This document shows, piece after piece, positions 48,901 through 61,280 of a stretch of 64,000 bases of DNA; the first letter of the stretch is position 1, and every line of letters starts with the position of its first letter. Source of the stretch: Bugula neritina (lineage: Eukaryota; Animalia; Bryozoa); contig OZ037773.1 in the NCBI GenBank assembly GCA_964035545.1, positions 2,509,751-2,573,750 of the forward strand, in the 5' to 3' direction. The notes beneath the pieces were generated by a model. That model searched no databases. It saw only the letters and a program-made list of their open reading frames with translations, and was not told the DNA's origin. The position numbers and the translations under genes are program-made.

Positions 48901-51900
48901 ATATTTAATCTGTTTAACCATGAACATGACGCCTGCATTTAGCAATGTCTGCATGGTGTGATGTCTGCACCGGACAGCTAGAAGTTTTATTACAATGCCA
49001 CACTAACAAACGCCAACAGCTGAACTATGCTGAAAGTGAATAAATGAAAAGAAAAGTTTTTCCAATTTGACACAAGAAAAGCTATCCAACTGAACAACTA
49101 AGACAAATATTAATGCGTAGTAACATGTAACTGCATGCTGATGACAGCCAGTGTTAGCCAATACCGTGCTCTTGATTCGATCACCTCTCTCCAAAGTGCT
49201 GCCATAAACTCGCCTCTAACAAACAAGTAACCAGTTGACAAGAGATCAGTCTAATGTGTGCATGAGGAGAGCTCAGTCTATTGTGTGCACGAGGAGAGCT
49301 CAGTCTAATGTGTGCATGAGGAGAGCTCAGTCTAATGTGTACATGAGGAGAGCTAAGTCTAATGTATGCATGAGGAGAGAGAGTTGAGAATAGAAATAAT
49401 ATAACTGACTGAAAGGATTTGTAATAATAACACAACCATAGTGAAAGAAGATGAATAATTAATCATAGTTGTTGCATAAAATGACAGGATCAAAGCTGAA
49501 TGGGAGAAATAAGTTTGACCGTGACGGTGGAAAAGAGTAGATCAGATGCAATTATGGAGCAAAAAGAAACAAGATAGCAGAACCTGTAGAATGTCAAGAT
49601 GCAGGCAGGACAACTGCCAACATACATAAATATATATAACATAACTCCAACTCAATTGTAACAAGTAATAACACGGAAAGCCTGTGGCACCTGTTGAGTT
49701 TGTTGAAAGTATTAAAAGATCCCTGTCTAAGTAATAGGTTGGCAGATGCGTGCGGTCGCTCTACTTGTGCTGTTTCTATGTTGGGCCGAACGGCACTGGG
49801 AGAAGCGGAATTGGCGGCGGGTTCCACCACTTTCGTAGACTGTGGGTCCGCCAGTCTCTCTGTGAGGGTAGCCTGTCTGAAGGAGCCCAGTCTTGAAAAA
49901 CCTGGCAACAAGAACGACACTTTAACTCGAGTGTGACAACATTTGCTCTTCAGCAAGTCATTCCTTAGTTGATCAGATCTCAGTTATCTCCCACAACACT
50001 CACTACTCTCTAGTGTCAGTGACTCATTAGTATTAGTGACTTATCAGTATCAGTGACTCATTAGTATCAGTGACCCACTAGTAGTAGTAACTCATTAGTA
50101 TCAGTGATTCATTAGTACCAGTGACTGACCAGTTGACTAGCATTAGTGACTCAGTATTATTAGTGACTCAATAGCCTAGTATACTAGTATCAGTAACTCA
50201 TTATTCTAGTATCAGTATCAGTCAGTATAAAAGTCAACACTCACTTGTCTTATCATCGTTATACGACACGGACACCGCCTCTTTCTCTCTCTTCTGCTTC
50301 TTCTCCAAACACACGGCGAAGGCGCAACCAACTGCGTGACTTAACCTTTCACCCTGAAAATAATGTCAGAGAAAACTCTTATAACAAGAATAATGATTGC
50401 TGAGCCAAATCAGTTGATTGCCATAGCTAACTCACTCATAGATAAACTAACAAAGCATTGTACAAGGAGATTGTATTCAGAATGATTTATGCAAACCAAT
50501 GTATGATACTCGGGGTATTGATTGCAGCATCAGCAATGGTACACCTATACAGCTTATCATACAATGGCTGCACTTGTAATCCAAACAGTTGTAAGCATGC
50601 AGTGAGCATTCAAGAGATATGAAATTCATGCCAAGAGCAATTTAGTGAGGAACTGGTAACCAGAAGAGAAACAGAGAATTGCTGACAGCTCTGCATGCTG
50701 GTTAGCCAATCACAAGTCATCTACTTACAGCACTCCAAAGACAACCTGACCAATCAGAAACAAGCTGACAGTTGGTATATGAATCCAGAAACCATTCCAA
50801 TTCAACATTTCATAAAAGGAAATGGCTAAATTATGTCTTTTAAAAACTCATTGCAATCCACTACCACCTGATCTATCAACATAAGAAAAACTCCTTGCGT
50901 GATTGGCCAGTTCAAACTGAACTGCACCTTGATTGGCTAATTCAAAGCTAAAGACAGCCAGATCCCTCTTACTACATCAGGATTGGCCAGTTGCATTTGT
51001 TAGAAATTAGATGGTAATACTTAGAGAACACTATGCACAAATGGATAATATATAAACAGACACACCGTGATGATTACGATACACTGGCCTATACTCAATG
51101 TGCAAAACTAAAACGTACAATACCAAAACCTTCCAACACGAAAACGACCAAATATCTTGTACAATACGGATGTTTAGAGTGGGAAAACATGACAGACTGA
51201 ACATCTAACACAATATCCAACAATGAAACCACACACAAACCGCCGTAGGACTGAGCTAAAAGTAGAACACAAAACCGAGCTAAAAATAGAACACAGAACT
51301 GAGCTAAAAACAGAAGAGTTGACAACTTGAAAGTTAGCTTCTGCAAAATGCTAAACCAAAAGTCTGAGTAAATCTCAAGTCTGAGCCACACAATGCTAGT
51401 TTACAAGAGACATATTCAATTCACCATATTTACAAACCCTAGGCGGTCACTGTAGCTGCTGTAGCAAAAGCTAAACATTATATAGTGAAACAGGCAGTAC
51501 TTACAGACTCTTTCAAAGCTAAGAATCCGTGACACATCCACCTGCGGGTGGTGCCATCCCTGCAGATGTAGGCGAATGCCTTCTCATGGTTCTTGGCAGG
51601 TGCACAGAAAGACACTTTCTCAATGGTCTGGTCTACTATGAGACCCTGAAATATGCTTTATACATATAACATATAGTAATATAATCATATACTCAGTTAT
51701 ATATAACATATAGTAATATAATCATATACTCAGTTATATAGCAATATAATCATATACTCAGCTATATATAACATATAGTAATTTAATCATATTATATAGA
51801 ACATTATGTAATATATAACAATGTAGTCATCTAAAATAACATGTGTTGATGTGTAGCAAACCACAATTATTTAAAACAATAAGAGTACAATATGTAAAAG

Positions 51901-54900
51901 AAATGCCAGCAAACAAAGAAATACAACATAGTACAGGCAGCACAAAAGTTGTTATAAGATTTAGCAGTGAGGCAGTGAAGGGTACCTAAAGAAACACAAT
52001 TTGACCAACTAAGCCCTTTGTGCTAATAAATGTGTAACTAGAAGGGACAGGATATGGCCTGGTTTTTGAAACTAAAATGTAGTAAGTTCACAGTTTTTTA
52101 AGTTCATAGGCATTTATTGGAACCAGCAATTCGTCAACTACTGCTTTTTCCAGCAATTTGGCTATCAGCTCCACCACGGGTGGGGGAGGAGTGAAATAGA
52201 TTGCAGGGTCTTTCTAAGTGCAAAGACACACCAAACGGATCTTCATATCAAACAACAAACTGCTAACACACACTCAAACTACACAACTGATTGGCTAATG
52301 TGAGGTGTCAGACAGGTGCCTGATTGGTTGATATTTATAAAGAAGTACCTGGCCATCATCAGCACTGGCGATGCTGGCCTTCTCTTCAATCACCCGCAAC
52401 GAGTCACCAGAGACATATATTATGGCCTGGACAACTCGCTGTCTCTTTTTATTTTTCTTACGAAAACTTAAACGTTGAGACTTCTTTGCGTTCTATAAAA
52501 TGAAAATGTGCGGAAGGTACAACAAATAGAATAACAACAGTCGTACAACATGGAAACAACCTCCTGCAAACTTCTAACACTTTTACCTCCAGTCTCCAAA
52601 GTATCAGTGGATAGTTGGAGTTGCCCACTCAAAGTTGGATACAGTGAGCTAGGGGTTTGAGTGGAGACGCACAGACAGAAGTGTTGGAAGTTTACAAGAA
52701 TACGGAGTAGAATTACCTTACTCATCTCATCCACCACTCTCAGTGCGTCACCAGACACATATAACACGGCTCTCTGGTATTTACCCTTGCATTGCTGAGA
52801 CACACAATATTATAATGTATGTATATATATGAGAGTAAAGATGCTTAGCTCTAGATTACTAGCAAATAGTAGTAATAATTTATATTTAAGGTGAAACTTG
52901 ACTGGGTGATAACCCTGAACACAGCCTACTTAGAAATATACATATAATACATTGGTTAGCTAATAGTTCACAAATAGTAATGTGTTAATATTAGCATTCT
53001 CATGCATAACTACCTATTTGTTTCCTAAATTTCCCAATAACTACAACGTGAAAATATGCATCCCTAAGTGAGAACAACTTCTCAGATATTTGATTCCATC
53101 AAAAAAAAGTTATCTTGTGAAGTCGCATTGATTTGGAATATTTTTATGCTAAAAGCATTTTAAAAAACTTGATAATTTCTTCTTTTACTGTGGCCAACAA
53201 GATTAGAAGAAAAACATCTATCATGAGCCACATAACTAATAAACAGTGTAACTACAACGTGGTCACTAACACACTCCATACTAGCACTACTTGACATATC
53301 ACAGGATAAACAAGGAGCGGTTTCTACGCTTCAGAGTGCAGAGAAAATATCAGTGATTTAGTTCATACCCTGTACTTGTTACACGTTAAATGCAATGCTA
53401 ACATTTGAACTACATTCAAGTTGCAAACACTAGTGCTATTGTAAAGTAACATCGAAATATTTTTTGTTATACAGAGGCAGTCTGTTACGTAGCTTTTATA
53501 GATGTTTTATTGTGTTTTAATAGATTAGATAAACTACTCACAGAATATGTAAACTAAACACCTCGGACACTTTAAAATATCATTCTCATCTCTACATCCT
53601 AAAGTCTAAACTAAGACTGTGGCAACAACACAAGTTGTTAATACAGCCTCAGTTTTATTAGTAAAAAACTAACATATTCTCATCTTACATTTGCATTTAA
53701 TAAATGAGAGATCTAAAGCTATTTTAGCAAGTTGTTGAGAAACTCAGGTTTTTACAATGGAAATGAACTTCTTAATTATATAATGATTTATATATTATAC
53801 AGGTGGGCATGATTTAGTAGCCTATATGACATAATACAGATAGACATACTTTAGTATATGGCACCATACAAGTATACAGGTGGAAACAAGCATTACCTGT
53901 CTCAGTATCTTGTGGGCTTCTTCACACACCTGCATGCCCCGAGACTCGAACACTTCAACACAGCCCAAGTACTACAAAGACACACAGCACACGGGATATA
54001 TAATACATCAACTTAGTTTCTTTGTGTTCCCTACACACAAATATTGAAACTTACTTCTATATGGTTTACAGTACAGCTGACAGTTATTGAACCCTGGTGC
54101 ACCAAGGCCGGTTTTGGAGTTATTTCCTTAAAAATGTTGGTCTATGGCAAAACTTTGAGCTGGAAAAATGACAACAATCTAGCAAGGATAAATTTCATTG
54201 TCTATTTGACAAGACTATTCACTGTGCATAATAACATTGAAAGTAGTTTTCTAAAGAGTGAATAACAAGTTTGGTATTGCACTTCTTTATTTACTCACAG
54301 AAACACCTTCCATTACATTACCAAGTTAAATTCAAAAAACAGCCTACAATCCTAGGAAATATTGACTAGATAGAGACAAATGAGTGTGAAAAACATAGTT
54401 TTAATGAATTGTCTGCCCTTACAACCTAACAGCTATTTTATCATACAGGAGCATTGAACAGACATAGAGGAGATAACTTTAGTTTGTATGCAAAGGGCTT
54501 GGTATAAAAACATGATGCTGAATGGACTATTGTTGACATAAGAATTGATTAGTGAAACAACATTATCAGTAGATAGACAATAAGATATGCGATATAATAC
54601 ACAGACAGGGGAGTAACTCACACCAATGCATATAGTTTACACGAATGTAACCTCAGTTGTTATAAAAAAGGAAAGTAAACATTTCATGTTGTGATTAGAG
54701 AGCTAGTAGCAGTTAACCTTCCAACTTGATGATTATTACACTATAAAATGCTATCAATTACAACCTCACTCATATATCGCACAGCTGAGTGCCAAATGGC
54801 ATACCAGAGTTGGCTAGGTTAACACATTGTTGCAAAATCTCAACTAAATGTCATATTAAATGACTACAATCCTTGCCTTCATGAAATGCCCAGGAAGAAT

Positions 54901-56306
54901 GTTAGCTACACCCTTAGAGCCCACTGCACACAGAGCTTGTTATGTAACACTTGCAGCTGACGTATCTACTTGAATGTTCAATGAACTGTGGTAGATACCG
55001 TAATACTACACTGTTACACTGTGGTAGACACTGTAACACTACACTGTTACACTGTAGTAGACACTGTAACACTACAATGTTACACTGTCGTAGACACTGT
55101 AACACTACAATGTTACACTGTAGTAGACACTGTAACACTACAATGTTACACTGTAGTAGACACTGTAACACTACAATGTTACACTGTAGAACATACTGTA
55201 ACACTACAACCATGCACTTTAGTGTACAATGTAACGCTACAATCTTGCACTGCAGTACATACTGTAACACTACAAACTTACATTGTGGTTGCTACTGTAA
55301 AGGTTTGTTTATACATCCAATTAAAAAAGTTTTAGAGGATTTCACTTTATAGCTCTACTGAAACTAGTTGAAATCGAATTGATGCAGTAGAAGACTTTTC
55401 AATAGTGAAACATGACTCCCTTAATCTCTATTTGATGCCCTTCCAAACCGTAATGTATCCCCAAACTCGATAGGATAAAACTGACAATTGAGAACTGGAG
55501 CTGATATTACAGAATTTGAAGCTTTTACTAGACTCGCTGCAGTTTTATTCAAGTCTTCTAAACGGCAAAGTGATAATTAAATACCTACAAGGATTTATCC
55601 TTCCCTTTGACTATTATCCTAAAATCCCAGGGAAAGTTATCACAAGACACTAAATTTGACGAGTGGTTTGGCAAAGTAAAAATGTAAAACTTTAAACTGA
55701 AAATCGTGAAGGTACAAACGAATTTCAACCCTAAAATCTCGCTACAAGATATGAAACCCTAATACTGGGCTCTGCACTATTGTTTGATTCAGCTTGGACA
55801 CCTGTGATCTAGAATGATCTGGAATGACTCACATCAGAAGACGCAAAATAGCAGACAAATATCCCCAGTACTCTCATGTTTATAACAAACATAAACATTA
55901 ATTCTACAGTTGAGACAGATATTGCTGCCCTATTAGAGTCAGCATGTGAAATCACAATGCTAGGTGAAATCCTCACCTCACCTATCTCCCCTGTCCTGTT
56001 CAGGTGAAATATTCATATTGAGATTTAGTAATAACTAAACTGACACTAGCAGCTGTTGACTCATGCTTGAGTGTGATAACCTTTTACACTGCTATACTAA
56101 CCTGATACACCAATACACTAACCTATTGTACTGAAATAGCCCTACTAAATCAGTAGATAAAATCTACAAACCTTGACCTGGAAGCTACAAGTTCCCTCTC
56201 TCACTTTTCGCTCATCCTCTTGCCATTGATGTGGCTTTGCGGACTCGGTTTCCTTTCTCTTCTTTTTCCGAGACCGAAAACTTAGCGTTCTTCTCAGTTT
56301 ATCCAT
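45919..56306 (-). CDS. numb: Numb (PTB domain + NumbF + NPF motifs), 536 aa with exon A or 558 aa with exon B
   Basis: Exons 56306-56172, 53971-53897, [52794-52717 or 52492-52349], 51645-51505, 50353-50245, 49901-49691, 48111-47978, 47710-47510, 47194-46987 (GC donor), 46237-45919 (TAA). Motifs: [98 protein letters not shown], two NPF, C-terminal FELKM. Confidence 0.95.
49240..49382. repeat. 27-bp minisatellite x5
   Basis: AGTCTAATGTGTGCATGAGGAGAGCTC units. Confidence 0.9.
50012..50225. repeat. 17-bp minisatellite containing AP-1 consensus sites
   Basis: TCAGTGACTCATTAGTA units. Perfect TGACTCA at 50020, 50054, 50147, 50164. Confidence 0.85.
52349..52492 (-). CDS. numb: numb alternative PTB exon B (paralog of exon A at 52717-52794)
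   Basis: ttttatag|AAC...CAG|gtactt, 144 nt, phase 0/0, open. Encodes [48 protein letters not shown], homologous to exon [27 protein letters not shown]. Confidence 0.8.
54985..55290. repeat. 33-bp minisatellite, ~9 copies
   Basis: CTGTAGTAGACACTGTAACACTACAATGTTACA units. Confidence 0.92.
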
Positions 56307-59224
56307 TTTTTCACTTATTGAAATATGCCTTTACTAGAAAGCATCACCACAAGCACTAAAACAGTCCCAGATATCACAGTTCAGGTGAAAATAATACAGA
56401 CACAGGTGTGTTATGGAATGCTACACACGATAATATAATAATTATAATAAATATTAAAGTACTAAACTGACACCAGTTTAATATGTAGTACAATCAGTAA
56501 GAGATTTTTCTCAGCTGATAAGTTAGCAAAGAAGGTTTCAGTTCATATAGACCACCATCAATATATTCTACTTAGACGACCCCCAACTGGAGGACTTCCA
56601 GGTTATTTAAAAACATTAGGAATTAAAAAAATTAATATTTGATGCCAAGTTACATTTATTTTGGTTTCGTGTGCACAGGTGTCTAATTGAAGCCATGCAT
56701 AGGTGTATAACTGAGGCCATATGCATAATATGATTCTTTGAAGCCATTGCTCTAACAGTTTACTGAAGTCATTATCCATAAGATGCCTAATTTTTTAAAA
56801 ATATTATCATATAATTCTTTAGACTATTCTTCTATATTACATTCATTCAATTTCAAAGTTTAAAATAGTCAAATATATTTAAATATCATCTGCACATATA
56901 TTTGATAGCAATATTTGAGGTCGTCTATCTGGAATGACACCAAAGAAAGACATTTCAGAAGGTGAGCTTCAATTACCAATGAAAAACAGCCCAGATATAG
57001 AAATCCACTGAAACTTTGTAAATAAATGTTTCTTTATCCACCTAATGACTCAGGTTGCTGAGTCACCTATTATTATAGCATAAATATGTTTACGAGAACA
57101 ATATCTTTTGACTATATTTACAAGCCTTTGGCCCACCAAGAGGGTAAATGTTACAAATATTTGCATTACCTAATAAAACTGTATCAACTTAGTAATTACA
57201 GGTTGAGTAACTTTAAATTATTGGTTAACAAAGCTAACATTTAGCACATTTCACTCACAGTAGTATAGCATTAGTTCACTCACTAGATTATTGACACCTT
57301 GGGGCACCTTAATAAACTTTCTCAACTAGCTTTAGATTATATTGAAATAATGAGTTGAAATGATTCTGAGACTAATATTACTTTATGTTTGAGTAATAAT
57401 ATTCTTCACCAACAGGCTGTAACAACCAATGATGATATGGGCATGACTATTAACATGAACGACTGGCCACAAAATTCACTAACTTGTTAAATTTTTGCTA
57501 ATGTAGCAGTGCATTAGTAGTGTTACCATTTCATAATTATAACTTGGACTGCCAGCATATTATTGGAAATGATTTTTTTAATTAGAAGTGTCAGATATGG
57601 AGCATAAAACAATTTAAATACCTAATTCTATCATTATGACTGATACATTACAAGTCTGATTGGAACTATGATGGAAAATTTAAAGCTTGTAACTCTTTAT
57701 TTCACTAGAAGAAAATCATCTACCATTCATATGTTCACAAGCAATAAAAAAGGAGAAGCCATTACTGTTACTTACTATAGTAGGAATAATTAAAGTATTA
57801 CCTAATAACACTAATAATCTCTACGATAATACAGCTTTACGCCTGAGTATCAGTATGACTTTGACTACCGTCGTCCTAGATCAAGTTCTATAAGGACCAT
57901 GAGTATGACTATGACTGTGACTATGGGTATTACAATCAGTACTGCATTAATATATATCAAAAAGTATTAATTTATAATTAGTGATATTGTCTATTACTTC
58001 ATCACTTTATAGCAGTACGACCTATTGGTTATCATTTAAAGTAAAGGCAGTGAGTCAGCGGACAATCACAATGTATGTGTAAATTACTCAATGTCAAGCT
58101 AAAAAGTCAATAATCATTTGATACCCAATGGAAATGTGGATAATTGAAAATAAAAGTGAATAAGAGTTTGAGCATCAGCATGACGGTTATTCCTTAAAGT
58201 TAACAAGTCTAACTAATACTAAAATTTATGAGTTATAACTATCACATCAATATAAGACATAAGATTAATAATTATAATAATAATATTATTATTAGTATAA
58301 AGCTAAGTACCACTATTACCAGTAGTAGTACTACTACTCCTAGTCATACTACTACAGTACTAGTAGTAACACTGTGACTGTTACCAACAGTAATACTAAC
58401 AGTTAAATTTAATGTTATAGTTATACTTAATTTTAGTACTATTGGTATTAGTATGACTATGAGTATCACTACCCCTATCAATTATCACTATCAGAATGAG
58501 AATCACTATGGCTATCAGTATCACTATCACTATGAGACTCGGACTGACTCTGAGTATCAGTGTCACTGTCAGTATCACTCTATCAGCATCACCAATAAAA
58601 CCGCACAGATATAACTATAACTATTCTGATTCTCATCATGATCATCATTATGATGATGATAATCACTTTGAGTGTGACTTTAACTTTAAGTTTATGATAT
58701 ATCATTATCATAATGATTATCATTATCATAGAATTAGACATCAAATTAAATCAATATGAATATATTTATGATATCCATTATGATTATGATTATCACTTTA
58801 TCATTATGATTATGATTTAGATTATCATTATGGCACCAGTATTTAATTTTAGTTTTACTATTAGTATTACTATTACTCTATTAGTATTAGTATTACTATT
58901 AGTATTACTTACTCTTACTCTTAGTATTACTATTATAATTACTATTACATTTACTGAGTATAAGTATTAGTATTTATTTTTAATTTAAATTTTAGTCTTT
59001 TGAATTGGGTTCAGAGTAAAACTAGGTCATATTGATATTGATAATAATAGTTAGCCGAATTCAATGGTAAGATATCATCACAAACAATATTATTGAAATT
59101 ACAGTCATTAAAAAATTCACTTGACACTAACGCCATTGCCTATTAACTTACGCTTGCGACTAGTGATTAGCTCAACGTAATACTAATAATTATTGTCATT
59201 GAAAAAGTAGTTGACCTAGTTTAC

Positions 59225-61010
59225 CTGTAGCCTCCTACTGGGATTGGCATCGAGTCGAATTAGGCCATGTTGGTGACAACGACCACTCGAGTTTTTCATT
59301 CCATTACACATACTATACAAGAGTTGTCTTCTTTTAAAACATGCTTTTAACCTACGTTTTTATTAATATAATCTATCCGATAGCGTTGTATATACCCCCA
59401 GTTTATACATCGACACTGTTGAGGGGATCCCTTGCTTAGACACTGACAGCTACTCGTACAATAATATTTATCATGCAACTATTGCACATAAATTAAATAT
59501 ATCAATAATCATAATGATTTATGATAATTACAATCATTAATGATTATAATTAGGATTTAGATTATCATTATTAGTATCATTATGAGTATGACATTGATCA
59601 TCACAGGCACTATCACTATGAGTATGACCCAGTAATTTATACTGCCGTCATTCAGCTGACTCTCATCACAGTCAGTGTCACTGTCAGTGTCACTGCCCCG
59701 TCCGTGTGTGAGTGTCACTCATCATGATCATCATCATGGTCATAAGTCATGACTGACTGATCATGATGAGTGATTACTCAGACTAAGACTGTCTCATTCT
59801 GATTCTCATGATGATGATAATTCCATGATAATAAATTCATATCCTAATACTAATAGTATAAGTATTACTGTAAGAGTAATTCATATTGGATTTGATTCCC
59901 AAAATATTAAAATAAAGATGTGACTCAGACTATGGGTGTCAGAGTTACGGTTAGTCATTAGGCTACTCATTAGTCATTAGTGCAAGTCACCAAGCAACTG
60001 CCTTTGTGTGATTAACTCAGTCTTATAGTTAAATAAGTTATATTTATACTCATGAGTCATGGTAGAACTTACTGGCACTAATAATAATATTCATATTCAC
60101 ACTGGTGGTGACACTCAAGTCATCTGTAGATAATCATAATGAAACTAACACTAATACTGATAGTGAGTGATGCTGATAGTGATAGTCATAGTCATGATGA
60201 TGATTATTCATTATATAATTTATAATATTGATAATAATATAAATATTCATATTCTGATTATTCATATTCATATTGAGATAGTCACCACTCTAATGACTCA
60301 GACTGTGATATAGTCATATACTTATAGTTACTAGTGATAGTGATTGCTTGAATGGGTGGTTTCTGTTATTGATGTTATATTTATTGTTAGGACTATGGTT
60401 TTATGAATATATCACTATCTGTGCCAGTAACAAGTAACCTAATCACTGCTAATTTTGTACTTTATGAGAGTGAGTCAGTATTCTCTAACCACCCTAAGTT
60501 AAAATTCAGTCAGTCCTCAAATTTTATCAATGTTATTTACATCAATGTTGAAAGTAGTGATATTGTAATTGTGTTTGAGTATGGCGTTTATAAATATATT
60601 TAAATATTGGTGTTGCTTTAAGCATATGTAACAGCAATTGATATATTTTAATCTCGCTAATTTTGATTTTGACATTCACATTGACGTAGCTATTATGAGT
60701 GTCATTTACTCATTGTAATCTACTTATTCCTAATAATAACAGTAGTTAAATTTATACAGGATTGAGCATTAGCATTTACTTTGTAATTGGCCTTGAGTTT
60801 AAAGCATTTTAAATCTATATACTTTGTTTAATACATTGTGTTAGGCCTACACTCACATAAATCTTTAAATAACTTACCTACAGTCACTGAGTGTTAAACT
60901 CAAACTGAACCTATAGTTGTTTCTATAAAGTGCTTTTTTGTTTAAACATAAAACTGGAAATTCTTAGCTGTAATATGCATTGAACACCAGAAAATGACAG
61001 TGGTGAGTAA
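59225..61010. promoter_or_regulatory. Divergent numb / kanadaptin promoter region with candidate non-coding first exons
   Basis: Minus-strand donors CAG|gtaaac (59224) and TAG|gtaagt (about 60878), plus-strand donor GTG|gtgagt (about 61003). The two genes are head-to-head. Confidence 0.35.
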
Positions 61011-61280
61011 TTATTGATATACTTCTAGCTTTACACTTTAATTGTTGACCTTTTTATTCATATTATTGTAAATAAGTAAAGCGGATACTTTTAGCTGGTA
61101 TTATAATATCTATTTTATGTTCTATTATGTTACAACAATGAGATTATGGGGTTGCTAGCTGGAGAAGCAAATGCCATCATAAATGAGAAGGGAAAGGCCT
61201 GTTGTTAATTAGCTGTGGTTATCACTATGTTTGATAGGTAACCTCTAGATGTGCAATAAAGGACTTGTAGAGTAATCCAA

